This document shows positions 42,002-52,900 of a stretch of 64,000 bases of DNA, piece by piece (position 1 is the first letter of the stretch; every line of letters begins with the position of its first letter). The notes under the pieces are model-generated. The model searched no databases, was not told the origin of the DNA, and worked only from the letters and a program-made list of their open reading frames with translations. Both the position numbers and the translations under genes were made by a program. Source of the stretch: Eledone cirrhosa (lineage: Eukaryota); contig OZ024741.1 in the NCBI GenBank assembly GCA_964016885.1, positions 6,014,001-6,078,000 of the forward strand, written 5' to 3'.

Positions 42002-43472
42002 ATGGCTTAGGACAAATGTCCTCCATAGTGTCAACATGGTGTCTCGATCTCTTGTAAGGAAAGTCCTCAAGATCCAGCCAGCGAGTCGTCTGCACGTTGT
42101 CGCCACTTTCATGATGTGTGAAGAAAAAGATACATCATTGCTCATGTCTATGCCCAGGTCTCGTATCGATTTTGACACGGGGATATCGGTCCCTCCTGGT
42201 CCTGTGTAGTTGTGTTCCACTATACTTGTGTTTGCAGGTTTGTTTGGAGGTTTGTATTGTAGGGCTTGGAATTTGCCAGCATTAAACTGCATGTTGTTTT
42301 CTTCCACCCATTTGTATATGGCATCCAGATCCTGCTGTAAAAGGGCAGCGTCAGCCGGGTTTTTGATTGCCTGTGCTACCTTAGTGTCATCAACATAGCT
42401 AGTGAGGGATGTTGTTGTATGTACTACAGAGGGCATGTCTGAGAGAGCCACCAAAAACAGTAGTGGTCCCAGGACTGTCCCCTGGGGCACCCCACTTGTT
42501 ATTGGTGTTTCCTTTGAGAGGGCCCCATTTGCTGCGACTACCTGGCTTCTGTCCCTTAGGAAGCTATGCAGCCACTCACCTACTTTTCCAGTTATGCCGA
42601 CTCCATGTAGTTTGTGACATATCATTCCGTGGTCGACCTTGTCAAAGGCCTTCGCAAAGTCAAGATATATCACGTCCACATGTGAGCTGTCTAGTAGTTG
42701 TCTCAGTACCCAGTCGTAGTGATGTAGCAGCTGTGTAAGGCAGCTTCTTCCTGGCCAGAAGCCATGTTGCGTGCTAGTCAGGCGGTCATTTTCCTCGAGG
42801 AAAGTGATCAGTTTCTTTCTGACGACTCGCTCCATGACCTTACTGATATGCGATGTCAGAGAGACTGGCCTATAGTTTTTGGCCTCCGCTCTGCTACCTC
42901 CTTTATGGATAGGGCATATTGTGCCTTCTTTCAGCTCCCTGGGTAGTACACCACTAGCCAAGGAGCTTCTGAAGAGCATCTTCAGTGGAGTTGCTAAGGC
43001 CCGCTTACATATTTTTAAGAGAACTGCTGGGAATCCATCAGGTCCAGCAGCCGAGTCTGTTCTAATTTCATCAATGGCATACACCACATCCTCCTCCGTT
43101 ATGTCTATGTGGTTGATAGTTTTGTACTGTTCATTCAGTATTTCACATATCTCTTGGGGGTTTTCGGTTAATGAACCGTCCGTATGGAAGAGTGGCCCAA
43201 TATTGCAGTGTACTGAGGCAGTTTCTTTTGCAGATTTAAAGAAGGCCTTAGGGTTTGTTTTAATGTTTTCTATGGCCCTGTTCTCTTTCTTTGCCCTCTC
43301 ATTCTCATGGGAAAGCTTGAGTGCAATCTCGGTGTCAAGTAGTGCACATTTCAAATAGGATTCCTTCTTGTTTTTGTTTTGTTGACTATTCAACTGGTTT
43401 GAGAGTTTAGTTCTACGTCTCATAAGGATTTTCCTATCTCTGGGAATAAGATTTTTGTGTCTGTTTGCCTCT
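42002..43472 (-). mobile_element. CR1/L2-group LINE RT fragment, truncated at both ends
   Basis: NYRPVSLTS, QHGF..GRSC, IYLDFAKAFDKVDH, SGVPQGTVLGPLLF, YVDDTK in ORF 41990-43504. Confidence 0.88.
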
Positions 43473-43483
43473 ATATACATACA

Positions 43484-43529
<46 letters not shown>

Positions 43530-43569
43530 CGATATTAATAAATGGAAACTATATTTATAAAACCATATT

Positions 43570-43634
43570 TATTTCATTATACATATTTCAGGGATACCAA
43601 ATTAAATTATGGTATGCCTTCATCAGACAAAATA
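43570..43634 (-). ncRNA. Type-I hammerhead (family 4), left arm
   Basis: tattttgt-CTGATGA-agg.atacca..tggtat.cct-GAAA-tatgta-TA-atgaaata. Confidence 0.8.
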
Positions 43635-43782
43635 CAATATATAACAGTTTTACAAATAAGCTTTGACGTACCCTTTTAAAATGCAACCATTGTTTTTGGA
43701 AGCCATCCGGATGGCTTCCAAAAACAATGGTTGCATTTTAAAAGGGTACGTCAAAGCTTATTTGTAAAACTGTTATATATTG

Positions 43783-43847
43783 TATTTTGTCTGATGAAGG
43801 CATACCATAATTTAATTTGGTATCCCTGAAATATGTATAACGAAATA
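43783..43847 (+). ncRNA. Type-I hammerhead (family 4), right arm
   Basis: tattttgt-CTGATGA-agg.atacca..tggtat.cct-GAAA-tatgta-TA-acgaaata; 8-bp stem I, very short stem III. Confidence 0.82.
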
Positions 43848-43975
43848 AATATGGTTTTATAAATATAGTTTCCATTTATTAATATCGTATATCTACTCCA
43901 AATACTTGTCGAGTGCTTTATATCAGTTATAAAAATATTTATTTGTTGTATCCCAACAATTTTAAATAGAACTTT

Positions 43976-44029
<54 letters not shown>

Positions 44030-44077
44030 TATATACATATATATATATATACATGTATATATATGTATGTATATATA

Positions 44078-44108
<31 letters not shown>

Positions 44109-44303
44109 TAGGTATAGGATTATCCTAGATGCAGTAATGGTTAATTACTACACTGGATATGGTTGACGTACGGTGAGAGGTTACTCAACAAGTTATGGAA
44201 GAATTGTTGAAGAAACTTAGTTCCTGATTCTTCTGTATTCCGGAGTGTAGATAAAGAATGAATAATAACAGGTAGACATCATAAAAAGGTAATTTATTCC
44301 GTG

Positions 44304-44415
44304 TGCTTACAAATGTTTCCACGCTGGTTATACAGCCTAGTTATGCTATGTGCAAATTTACAACTATTTGCAGAACTCAAATATCAAATGCTGTGACCAC
44401 TGTATCATCAGAGCA
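44304..44415 (-). ncRNA. Type-I hammerhead (family 5) with long stem II, inside an element at ~44110-44447
   Basis: Minus strand: tgct-CTGATGA-tac..tggt.acagc....gctgt..acca..gtg-GAAA-catttg-TA-agca. A flanking ~32-bp inverted repeat lies at 44251-44282 / 44415-44446. Confidence 0.75.
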
Positions 44416-44784
44416 TGATGTCTACCTATTATTATTCATTCTTTATATATATATATATGTATATATATATATGTATATGGTTAAGAGAGTGGGACTGGCT
44501 TTGTGCAGTGCCTTTGCTCACTATAAAAGCTTCACGGCACAGGCATTGCTTTATATCTGGAGATCTCTCTGCACTTGTCGTCACATGGTACCATGGACCC
44601 AGCACTATGTGTCAAGAATTGTCACAAGTGTAGTGTTTGTACCAGAGTTTTCAAGTCACTGGCTGGACTAAAAAGTCACACTCGTTCAGCGCATCGGTAG
44701 GGGTTCTCCTACATGGATATAAAGTAGTGGCCGTACTCGAAAACGAGAGTTGGCAGCCACCATATATATATATATATATATGTG

Positions 44785-44837
<53 letters not shown>

Positions 44838-44842
44838 TCATA

Positions 44843-44962
44843 TCACTGTAAATGAGGTTGGTGTTAGGAAGGGCATCCAGCTGTAGAAATCAAGCCAGAA
44901 TCAGTTCCCGTCCCACCCTTGCAAGCAGGGAAAAGCGGACGTAAAATGAAATGATGATGATG

Positions 44963-44965
<3 letters not shown>
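44843..44965 (+). mobile_element. SINE/RTE tail fragment
   Basis: GGTTGGTGTTAGGAAGGGCATCCAGCTGTAGAAA...(GAT)n. Confidence 0.75.
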
Positions 44966-45036
<71 letters not shown>

Positions 45037-45046
45037 TGTATGTATG

Positions 45047-45092
<46 letters not shown>

Positions 45093-45093
45093 A

Positions 45094-45411
45094 GGCACAT
45101 AGCTTAGTGGTTAGAGCATTGGCCTTGCAATCGAAAGGTTGTGAGTTTAATTCTCAGACCGGGTGATGTGTTTATTTCACATTGCTCCAGTTTACTCAGC
45201 TGTAGAAATGAGATGATAGGGACTGGGGTCCCTATCATTCCACTGCAAAGTGGTCGTGGAGGTGCCACGGCAAAAAAGCACCCAGCACTCTCTGTAAATG
45301 AGGTTGCTGTTAGGAAGTGCATCCAGCTGTAGAAATCAAGCCAGAATCAGTTCCCGTCCCACCCTTGCAAGCAGGGAAAAGCAGACATAAAATGATGATG
45401 ATGATGATGAT
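45094..45411 (+). mobile_element. tRNA-derived SINE with RTE-derived tail
   Basis: A box TAGCTTAGTGGTTAG, B-box-like GAGTTTAATTC, central body, RTE tail and (GAT)n. Confidence 0.85.
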
Positions 45412-45719
45412 ACAAATACAAACACACAAACAAGCACACACAAAGCAACTTAAGTTGACCTAATGGAATAACATACATTACCGGAAACTCCATTGATGAC
45501 AACAAATGACGTAGACATGTCATCTGAGAAAGAAGAAGAAAATAAAATGTAGGTGCAGTCACCACGACATCCTCTGTAGGTTTTATTGACCTAGACAGGA
45601 TTGCAGTTTGTTATGAGAATAATGAAAAGTATTGTGTACAGTGCTCAGGTGCACTACAACTCATGAAAGGTGCATGTGTTTTATTTGAATTTTTGAATTG
45701 AAATATTTATATATATATA

Positions 45720-46730
45720 TGGACAGGGACCCTTTTACTGTGTCTCCTATACAACCACTTTACAGCATGGACTGGGTGCTTTTTTGTAGTGACACCTACA
45801 TGACCTCTTTAGTTTGGACTGGATGTTGTGGCACCAACATAACTTTACAGAGAAAGGGTGGTGTTGGTGGGAGTGGGAGTATGGAGTAGGGATAGTGGGT
45901 TGTGGTGTATATTTGGTTAAGAGGTACCTACTGACTGTAGGTTAACTTTGTACGTAAGGGAAGGCGGGTCTTCTGTATTACTGCATAGCGCCAAAGGTCT
46001 CGATACAGTGACCGGATAAAACTAGATGAGATGCAGTTTGGGTTTGTGACAGGCAAAAGTACCACTGATGCTCTCTTCCTTGTGAAGCAGTTACAGGAAA
46101 AGTACCTAGCTAAAAGTAAGCTGCTCTACCTGGCCTTTGTCCATCTAGAAAAAGCCTTTGACAGAGTGTCCCGTGCTATAATCTGGTGGGCTCTTAGAAA
46201 ACTAGGAGTAGATGACTGGTTTGTAAAGGCTGTATAAGCCATGTATAGGGGAGCAGTCAGCAAAGTTAGGGTTAATAATGACTATAGTGAGGAATTTAGC
46301 ATACAGGTCGGTGTCCACCAGGGCTCTGTTCTTAGCCCTCTCCTGTTTATTATAGTATTGCGGAACATGCCCAATTGCACCTCTCAAAGCGATGACACAG
46401 GACCGTGACCTCTGGCGCCACGCAGTAATACAGAACACCTGACTTCTATTTGAGACAACCTTTTAACAGTAATACAGAAGACCCGAATATGCTCCCACCC
46501 CCTCCCACTGCAAAGTAGTCATGGAGGTGCCACGGAAAAAAAGCACCCAGCACTCACTGTAAATGAAGTTGGTGTTAGGAAGGGCATCCAGCTGTAGAAA
46601 TCAAGCCAGAATCAGTTCCTGTATGAGCAAGACAAGGTCACCTGACCTAACATCACCCACAACAGTACAACCCGTCTAACCCATGCTAGCATGGAAGAAT
46701 GGACCTAAAACGGTGATGATGATGATATAT
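45720..46730. mobile_element. Rearranged RTE relic: inverted 3' UTR (45720-46012), RT fragment (46013-46358, +) and 3' end (+)
   Basis: MQFGFVTGKSTTDALF..KAFDRV..VGVHQGSVLSP lies between two oppositely oriented RTE 3' ends. Confidence 0.75.
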
Positions 46731-47395
46731 ATATTTATATATATATACATACAGACACAAAAATAAAATAATAAACTAGGTCAAAATACAACAAACATTA
46801 AAATAAAATAGTTTTATTCTTTCAAAAAAGCAGACAAAATAAACAAAGAAAAATATTGAATAATATTTTAGAAAACCTGATAAGATAGAGTTGGAAGGGT
46901 GGAAGAGGACGGTGTGGTGATACGTATTTCTGAAAGAACCCAGTAATACTACAAATAAAGCTCACTTAATAATGAAATGGTTGACAACAGCTTGCTGGTG
47001 TGTGAAGATATATTTAACACACACTTACACATACAACATACACACATACACTACAACACACACTCAACATACACACATGCACACACTTACACACCCACAC
47101 ACACTCACAATACACACACTCACAACATGCACACTCACAACACACACACTCACAACATACACACTCACAACACACACATAACATACTGTATAGTATAGTT
47201 GTATATATTATAAAGCATATACACACACTATATACAAATAAACATACATGAAACGTGTATGTATAGACACCATGTTAAGCATATGATATAAAAAGAAATA
47301 TATATATATACACATAAGAATATATATATATTATCTATTATATATACACATAAGAATATATATATATATATTATCTATTATATATACACATAAGA

Positions 47396-47399
<4 letters not shown>

Positions 47400-47436
<37 letters not shown>

Positions 47437-47507
47437 AATATTGTGTACAGTGCTCAGGTGCACTACAACTCATCAAAAAGTGTATGTATAGTACATAGGG
47501 TAATGTA
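47400..47507 (-). mobile_element. CR1 3' UTR tail fragment (another at ~45618-45675)
   Basis: (AAT)n-GAAATATTGTGTACAGTGCTCAGGTGCACTACAACTCAT, as at 25255. Confidence 0.7.
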
Positions 47508-47703
47508 CACACACCCCTATATATATTATCTATTATATATACACATATATTATATAGCGTGGAAGATAGACGTTAAACGTTAATGGTGATGATATCATCA
47601 TCATCATTTTAAGTCCGCTTTTCCCTGCTTGCATATATATATATATATCCGTATGTGGTTGAAAGCTGTGAGAAAAGAGTACTCAATACCGAAGTAGAGT
47701 TTT

Positions 47704-47827
47704 AATATCCATTATATTAAGGTTAAATAGTGAGTCTTGTTACCCTGGAGTTTCACCTGTTTATCACAGGGTCATTAAAAAGGAGCTTGTAACAATACTC
47801 ACTATTTAGCTTTAATAAATGAATATT
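47704..47827 (-). other. Long imperfect hairpin enclosing a degenerate hammerhead-like core (family 6)
   Basis: Arms 47715-47743 / 47789-47817. The minus-strand loop reads TTAATGA-c.cctgt.gataa.acagg.t-GAAAC. Confidence 0.4.
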
Positions 47828-47858
47828 TATATCATCATCATCATCATCGTTTAACCTC

Positions 47859-47897
<39 letters not shown>

Positions 47898-47899
<2 letters not shown>

Positions 47900-48244
47900 C
47901 ATCATCATCATCATCATCATCATCATTTTACGTCCGCTTTTCTCTGCTTGCAAGGGTGGGACAGGAACTGATTCTGGCTTGATTTCTACAGTTGGATGCC
48001 CTTCTTAACACCAACCTCATTTACAGTGAGTGCTGCGTGCTTTTTTGCCATGGCACCTCCACGACCACTTTGCAGTGGAATGATAGGGACCCCAGTCCCT
48101 ATCATCTCATTTCTACAGCTGAGTAAACTGGAGCAATGTGAAATAAAGTGTCTTGCTCAAGGAAACAACACATCACCCGGTCTGAGAATTGAACTCACAA
48201 CCTTTCGATTGCAAGGCCAATGCTCTAACCACTAAGCTATGTGC
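47898..48244 (-). mobile_element. tRNA-derived SINE, second and more complete copy
   Basis: Reverse complement of 45094-45411 with B box GAGTTCAATTC, plus a CCTTGAGCAAGACAC segment missing from the first copy. Confidence 0.87.
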
Positions 48245-48992
48245 GTGTGTTTATATATATATATAAACACACACACAAAAAAGGTTTGTTATATACAGAT
48301 GAAAGCAAGAGATAGAGAAAGTAGAGTTAAGAACAAACATAAAGATAGGAATACAGGGATTTACAAGTACAGAGGTTTGTTTTACTCCACACCTGAAAGA
48401 ACCCATTTATTTACCACTCCCTGTAAATACCACAACACAATGAGGTGGTACATAAATATTTGGTTGATTTCTGGTCTTGTTCACCCACTGAGAGGGTTGT
48501 GGGAGCAGAGTCCTCAAACACTCCCGCTGGGTTCCTTCCAGCAGACCCTGCAGGTCCTGTTAGAAGCAAAAGGTTCTTACATGAAATTATGATGGAAGGT
48601 TTTATCCTTGAATGATTTTACAGAAAATATCTAAACATAGAATTGTTTATAGTATTTTTACTAAAGGACAGATTATTGTGAAAATTTTCAGTACTAGAAT
48701 AAAGTGCTTAATTTTTAATGTGCTGCAGTCATCGTGTGATTGTACTTTTCAATAATGTCTTGCTAATCTGGTTTCATGATACAAGATATTAAGATTTAAG
48801 TTGGTGTATTTAAGAATATAAATTAGAAGTTCTTACATAACATTATGGAGAAAAGTATTAATTTAAATATATTCTTTAGTTTGTTTTAGAGATTACAGCT
48901 GAGGTGCTGCTGCTGGGGCACTTCAAAAGTATTGGCAGGTTTACAACATAGAACGAGAAAACTCTGAGCAGATAGAAAACACCAGTGTTAAC

Positions 48993-49563
48993 ATTGGGTG
49001 TGAACTAGTTGATGAGAAGTTGCCTCAAATTATGTGTAGGCTAAATAAGAAATTGCCTCAAATCAAGTGTGAGCTAGTTGATAAGAAGTTGCCTCAAATT
49101 AAGTGTGAGATAGTTGATAAAAAGTTGCCTCAAATTAAGTGCGAGATAGTTAATAAGAAGTTGCCTCAAATTAAATGTGAGCTAGTTGATAAGAAGTTGC
49201 CTCAAATTAAATGTGAGCCAGTTGATAAGAAGTTGCCTCAAATTAAGTGAGCCAGTTGATAAGAAGTTGCTTCAAATTAAGTGTGAGCCAGTTGATGAGA
49301 AGTTGCTTCAAATTAAGTGTGAGCCTGTTGAGAAGTTGCCTCAAATTAAGGGTGAGCTAGTTGATGAGAGGTTGCCTCAAATTAAGTGTGAGCTAGTTGA
49401 TAAAAGGTTGCCTCAAATTAAGTGTGAGCCAGTTGATGAGAAGTTGCCTGAAATTAAGTGTTAGCAATTGATAAGAAGTTGCTTCAAATTAAGTGTAAGC
49501 TATTTGATAAGATATTGCCTAGAATTAAGTGTGAGCCAGTTATAAGAAGTTACCTCCAATTAA
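48993..49563 (+). repeat. 36-bp minisatellite (TTGCCTCAAATTAAGTGTGAGCYAGTTGATAAGAAG), about 15 units
   Basis: The 36-bp period translates as LPQIKCE(L/P)VDKK. Confidence 0.9.
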
Positions 49564-49649
49564 AATTTCAAATAGCCACAATTAACAGGAAATCCATTAT
49601 TTAGATGTAAAAAAAAGCCACAGACTTGAATATTTTGTAGTTATATAAT

Positions 49650-49760
49650 TGCAGGTTCAATCCTACTGCACATCCCTCTGGGTGTCTTTTAATATAACCC
49701 TGGCTTTAACCAAAACCTTGTAATGGAAATCTCACAGACATAAACTGTGTGGGATCCCTT
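49650..49760 (+). mobile_element. Possible old SINE fragment
   Basis: B-box-like GGTTCAATCC followed by a body that resembles cephalopod SINE cores, judged from memory. Confidence 0.35.
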
Positions 49761-49967
49761 CAGTTAGACCCATTCTTGTTCTTCAGTGATATAATATCTC
49801 ACCTGATTCAACAATCTGCCACCCTTCAGCAGCAGTATCTATCCTATTGCAAGTATTTAAGTTTGCCCTCCATTAGTGATGCTCTTTCTCAAAATGATCA
49901 GTGACAATGACCATGGTCTTACACAAGGAAATAATTATTTTTCAAATTTAATTTAATGTACCTGTCC

Positions 49968-52900
49968 AGGTATGTGTGATACAGCAGAGGTATGTGTGAT
50001 ATGGCAGAGGTGTGTGTGATATGGCAGAGGTATGTGTGATACAGCAGAGGTGTGTGTAATATAACAGAGGTATGTGTGATACAGCAGAGGTGTGTGTGAT
50101 ATGGCAGAGGTGTGTGTGATATAACAGAGGTATGTGTGATACAGCAGAGGTGTGTGTGATATGGTAGAGGTGTGTGTGATACAGCAGGGGTGTGTGTGAT
50201 ATAGCAGAGGTGTGTGTGACACAGCAGGGGGGTGTGATATGGCAGATGTGTGTGTGATATGGCAGATGTATGCGATATAGCAGAGGTGTATGTCATAGAG
50301 CAGGGGTGTGTGTGATATAGCAGAGGTATGTGTGATATGGTAGAGGTGTGTGTGATATAGCAGACATGTGTGGTATAGCAGAGGTGTGTGGGATATAGCA
50401 TAGGTGTCTGATATAGCAGAGGTGTGTGTGATATAGCAGATGTGTGTGATATAGCAGAGGTGTGTGATATAGCAGAGGTGTGTGATATAGCAGAGGTGTG
50501 TGATATAGCAGAGGTGAGTGATATAGCAGAGGTGTGTGTGATATTGCAGAGGTGTGTGTGATATGGCAGAGGTGTGTGTGATATAGCAGAGGTGTGTGTG
50601 ATATAGCAGAGGTGTGTGTGATATAGCAGGAGTGTGTGTGATATAGCAGAGGTGTGTGATATGGAAGAGGTGTGTGATATAGCAGAGGTGTGTGTGATAT
50701 GGCAGAGGAGTGTGTGATATAGCAGAGGTGTGTGATATAGCAGAGTTGTGTGTGATATAGCAGAGGTGTGTGTGATATAGCAGAGGTGTGTGATATGGAA
50801 GAGGTGAGTGATATAGCAAAAGTGTGTGATATGGCAGAGGAGTGTGTGATGTAGCAGAGGTGTGTGATATAGCAGAGTTGTGTGTGATATAGCAGAGGTG
50901 TGTGTGATATAGCAGAGGTGTGTGTGATATGGCAGAGGTGTGTGTGATATAGCAGAGGTGTGTGATTTAGCAGAGTTGTGTGTGATATAGCTGAGGTGTG
51001 TGATATAGCAGAGGTGTGTGATATAGCAGACATGTGTGTGATATAGCAGAGGTGTGTGGGATATAGCAGAGATGTGTGTGATATGGCAGGTGTGTGTGAT
51101 ATAGCAGAGGTGTGCTATATAGCAGAGGTGTGTGATATAGCAGAGGTGTGTGTGATATAGCAGATGTGTGTGTGATATAGCAGAGGTGTGTGTGATGTAG
51201 CAGAGATGTGTGTGATATAGCAGAAGTGTGTGTGATATAGCAGATGTGTGTGATATAGCAGAGGTGTGTGTGATAAAACAGAGGTGTGTGTGATATAGCA
51301 GAGGTGTGTGATATGGAAGAGGTGTGTGATATAGCAGAGGTGTGTGTGATATGGCAGAAAAGAGTGTGATATAGCAGAGTAATGTGATATAGCAGGGGTG
51401 CGTGTGATATAGCAGAGGTAGGTGAGATATAGCAGAATTGTGTGTGATATGGCAGAGGTGTGTGTGATATAGCAGAGGTGTGTGATATAGCAGAGGTGTG
51501 TGTGATATGGCAGAGGTGTGTGTGATATAGCAGAGGTGTGTGTGATATAGCAGAGGTGTGTGTGATATAGCAGAGGTGTGTGATATGGCAGAGGTGTGTG
51601 TGATATGGCAGTTGTGTGTGATATAGCAGAGGTGTGTGTGATGTAGCAGAGGTGTGTATGATATAGCAGAGGTGTGTGATATGGCAGGTATGTGTGATAT
51701 AGCAGAGGTGTGTGATATAGCAGAGGTGTGTGTGATATGGCAGAGGTGTGTGAGATATAGCAGAGGTGTGTGTGATATAGCAGAGGTGTGTGATATAGCA
51801 GAGGTGTGTGATATGGCAGAGGTGTGTGTGATATGGCAGTTGTGTGTGATATAGCAGAGGTGTGTGTGATGTAGCAGAGGTGTGTATGATATAGCAGAGG
51901 TGTGTGATATGGCAGGTATGTGTGATATAGCAGAGGTGTGTGTGATATAGCAGAGATGTGTGATATAACAGACGTGTGTGTGATATAACAGAGGAGTGTG
52001 TGATATAGCAGAAGCGTGTGATATAGCAGAGGTGTGTGTGATATAGCAGAGGTGTGTGTGATATAGCAGAGCTGTGTGTAATAATGGCAGAGGTGTGTGT
52101 GATATAGCAGAAGTGTGTGTGATATAGCAGGAGTGTGTCTGATATAGCAAAGGTGAGTGATATAGCAGAGGTGTGTGATATAGAAGGTGTGTGTGATATA
52201 GCAGAGGTGTGTGTGATATGGCAGAGGTGTGTGATATGGCAGAGGTGTGTGTGATATAACAGAGGTGTGTGTGATATAGCAGAGGTGTGTGTGATATAGC
52301 AGAGGTGTGTGTGATATAGCAGGTGTGTGTGTGATATAGCAGAGATGTGTGATATAACAGACGTGTGTGTGATATAACAGAGGAGTGTGTGATATAGCAG
52401 AAGCGTGTGATATAGCAAAGGTGTGTGTGATATAGCAGAGGTGTGTGTGATATAGCAGAGGTGTGTGTAATATGGCAGAGGTGTGTGTGATATAGCAGAG
52501 GTGTGTGTGATATAGCAGGAGTGTGTGATATAGCAGAGGTGTGTGATATAGCAGAGGTGTGTGTGGTATATCAGAGGTGTGTGTGATATGGCAGAGGTGT
52601 GTGATATGGCAGAGGTGTGTGTGATATAGCAGAGGTGAGTGATATAGCAGAGGTGTGTGATATAGCAGGTGTGTGTGATATAGCAGAGGTGTGTGTGATA
52701 TGGCAGAGGTGTGTGATATGGCAGAGGTGTGTGTGATATAACAGAGGTGTGTGTGATATAGCAGAGGTGTGTGTGATATAGCAGAGGTGTGTTTGATATA
52801 GCAGGAGTGTGTGATATAGCAGAGGTGTGTGATATAGCAGAGGTGTGTCTGATATAGCAGAGGTGTGTGTGATATGGCAGAGGTGTGTGATATGGCAGAG

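Larger units (their letters stand above)
43525..43978. mobile_element. Spacer-less ~368-bp palindrome (43525-43892, centre CC|GG at 43708/43709) with a hammerhead in each arm plus an ~85-bp tail, set in (TA)n
   Basis: The arms are reverse complements with about 1 difference seen; centre GAAGCCATCC|GGATGGCTTC. Confidence 0.85.

Noticed and set aside
44478-44762. Possible hammerhead (CTGAACGA...GAAA on the minus strand) or TATA promoter in a TA-flanked segment
   Set aside because: The core has an insertion and the stems do not pair convincingly; the segment remains unclassified.
45094-45170. tRNA gene
   Set aside because: Poor anticodon and acceptor stems, and it is fused to a SINE body and tail, so it is a SINE head.
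45495-45540. TTGATGA...GAAA hammerhead-like motif
   Set aside because: No stem III or stem I pairing.
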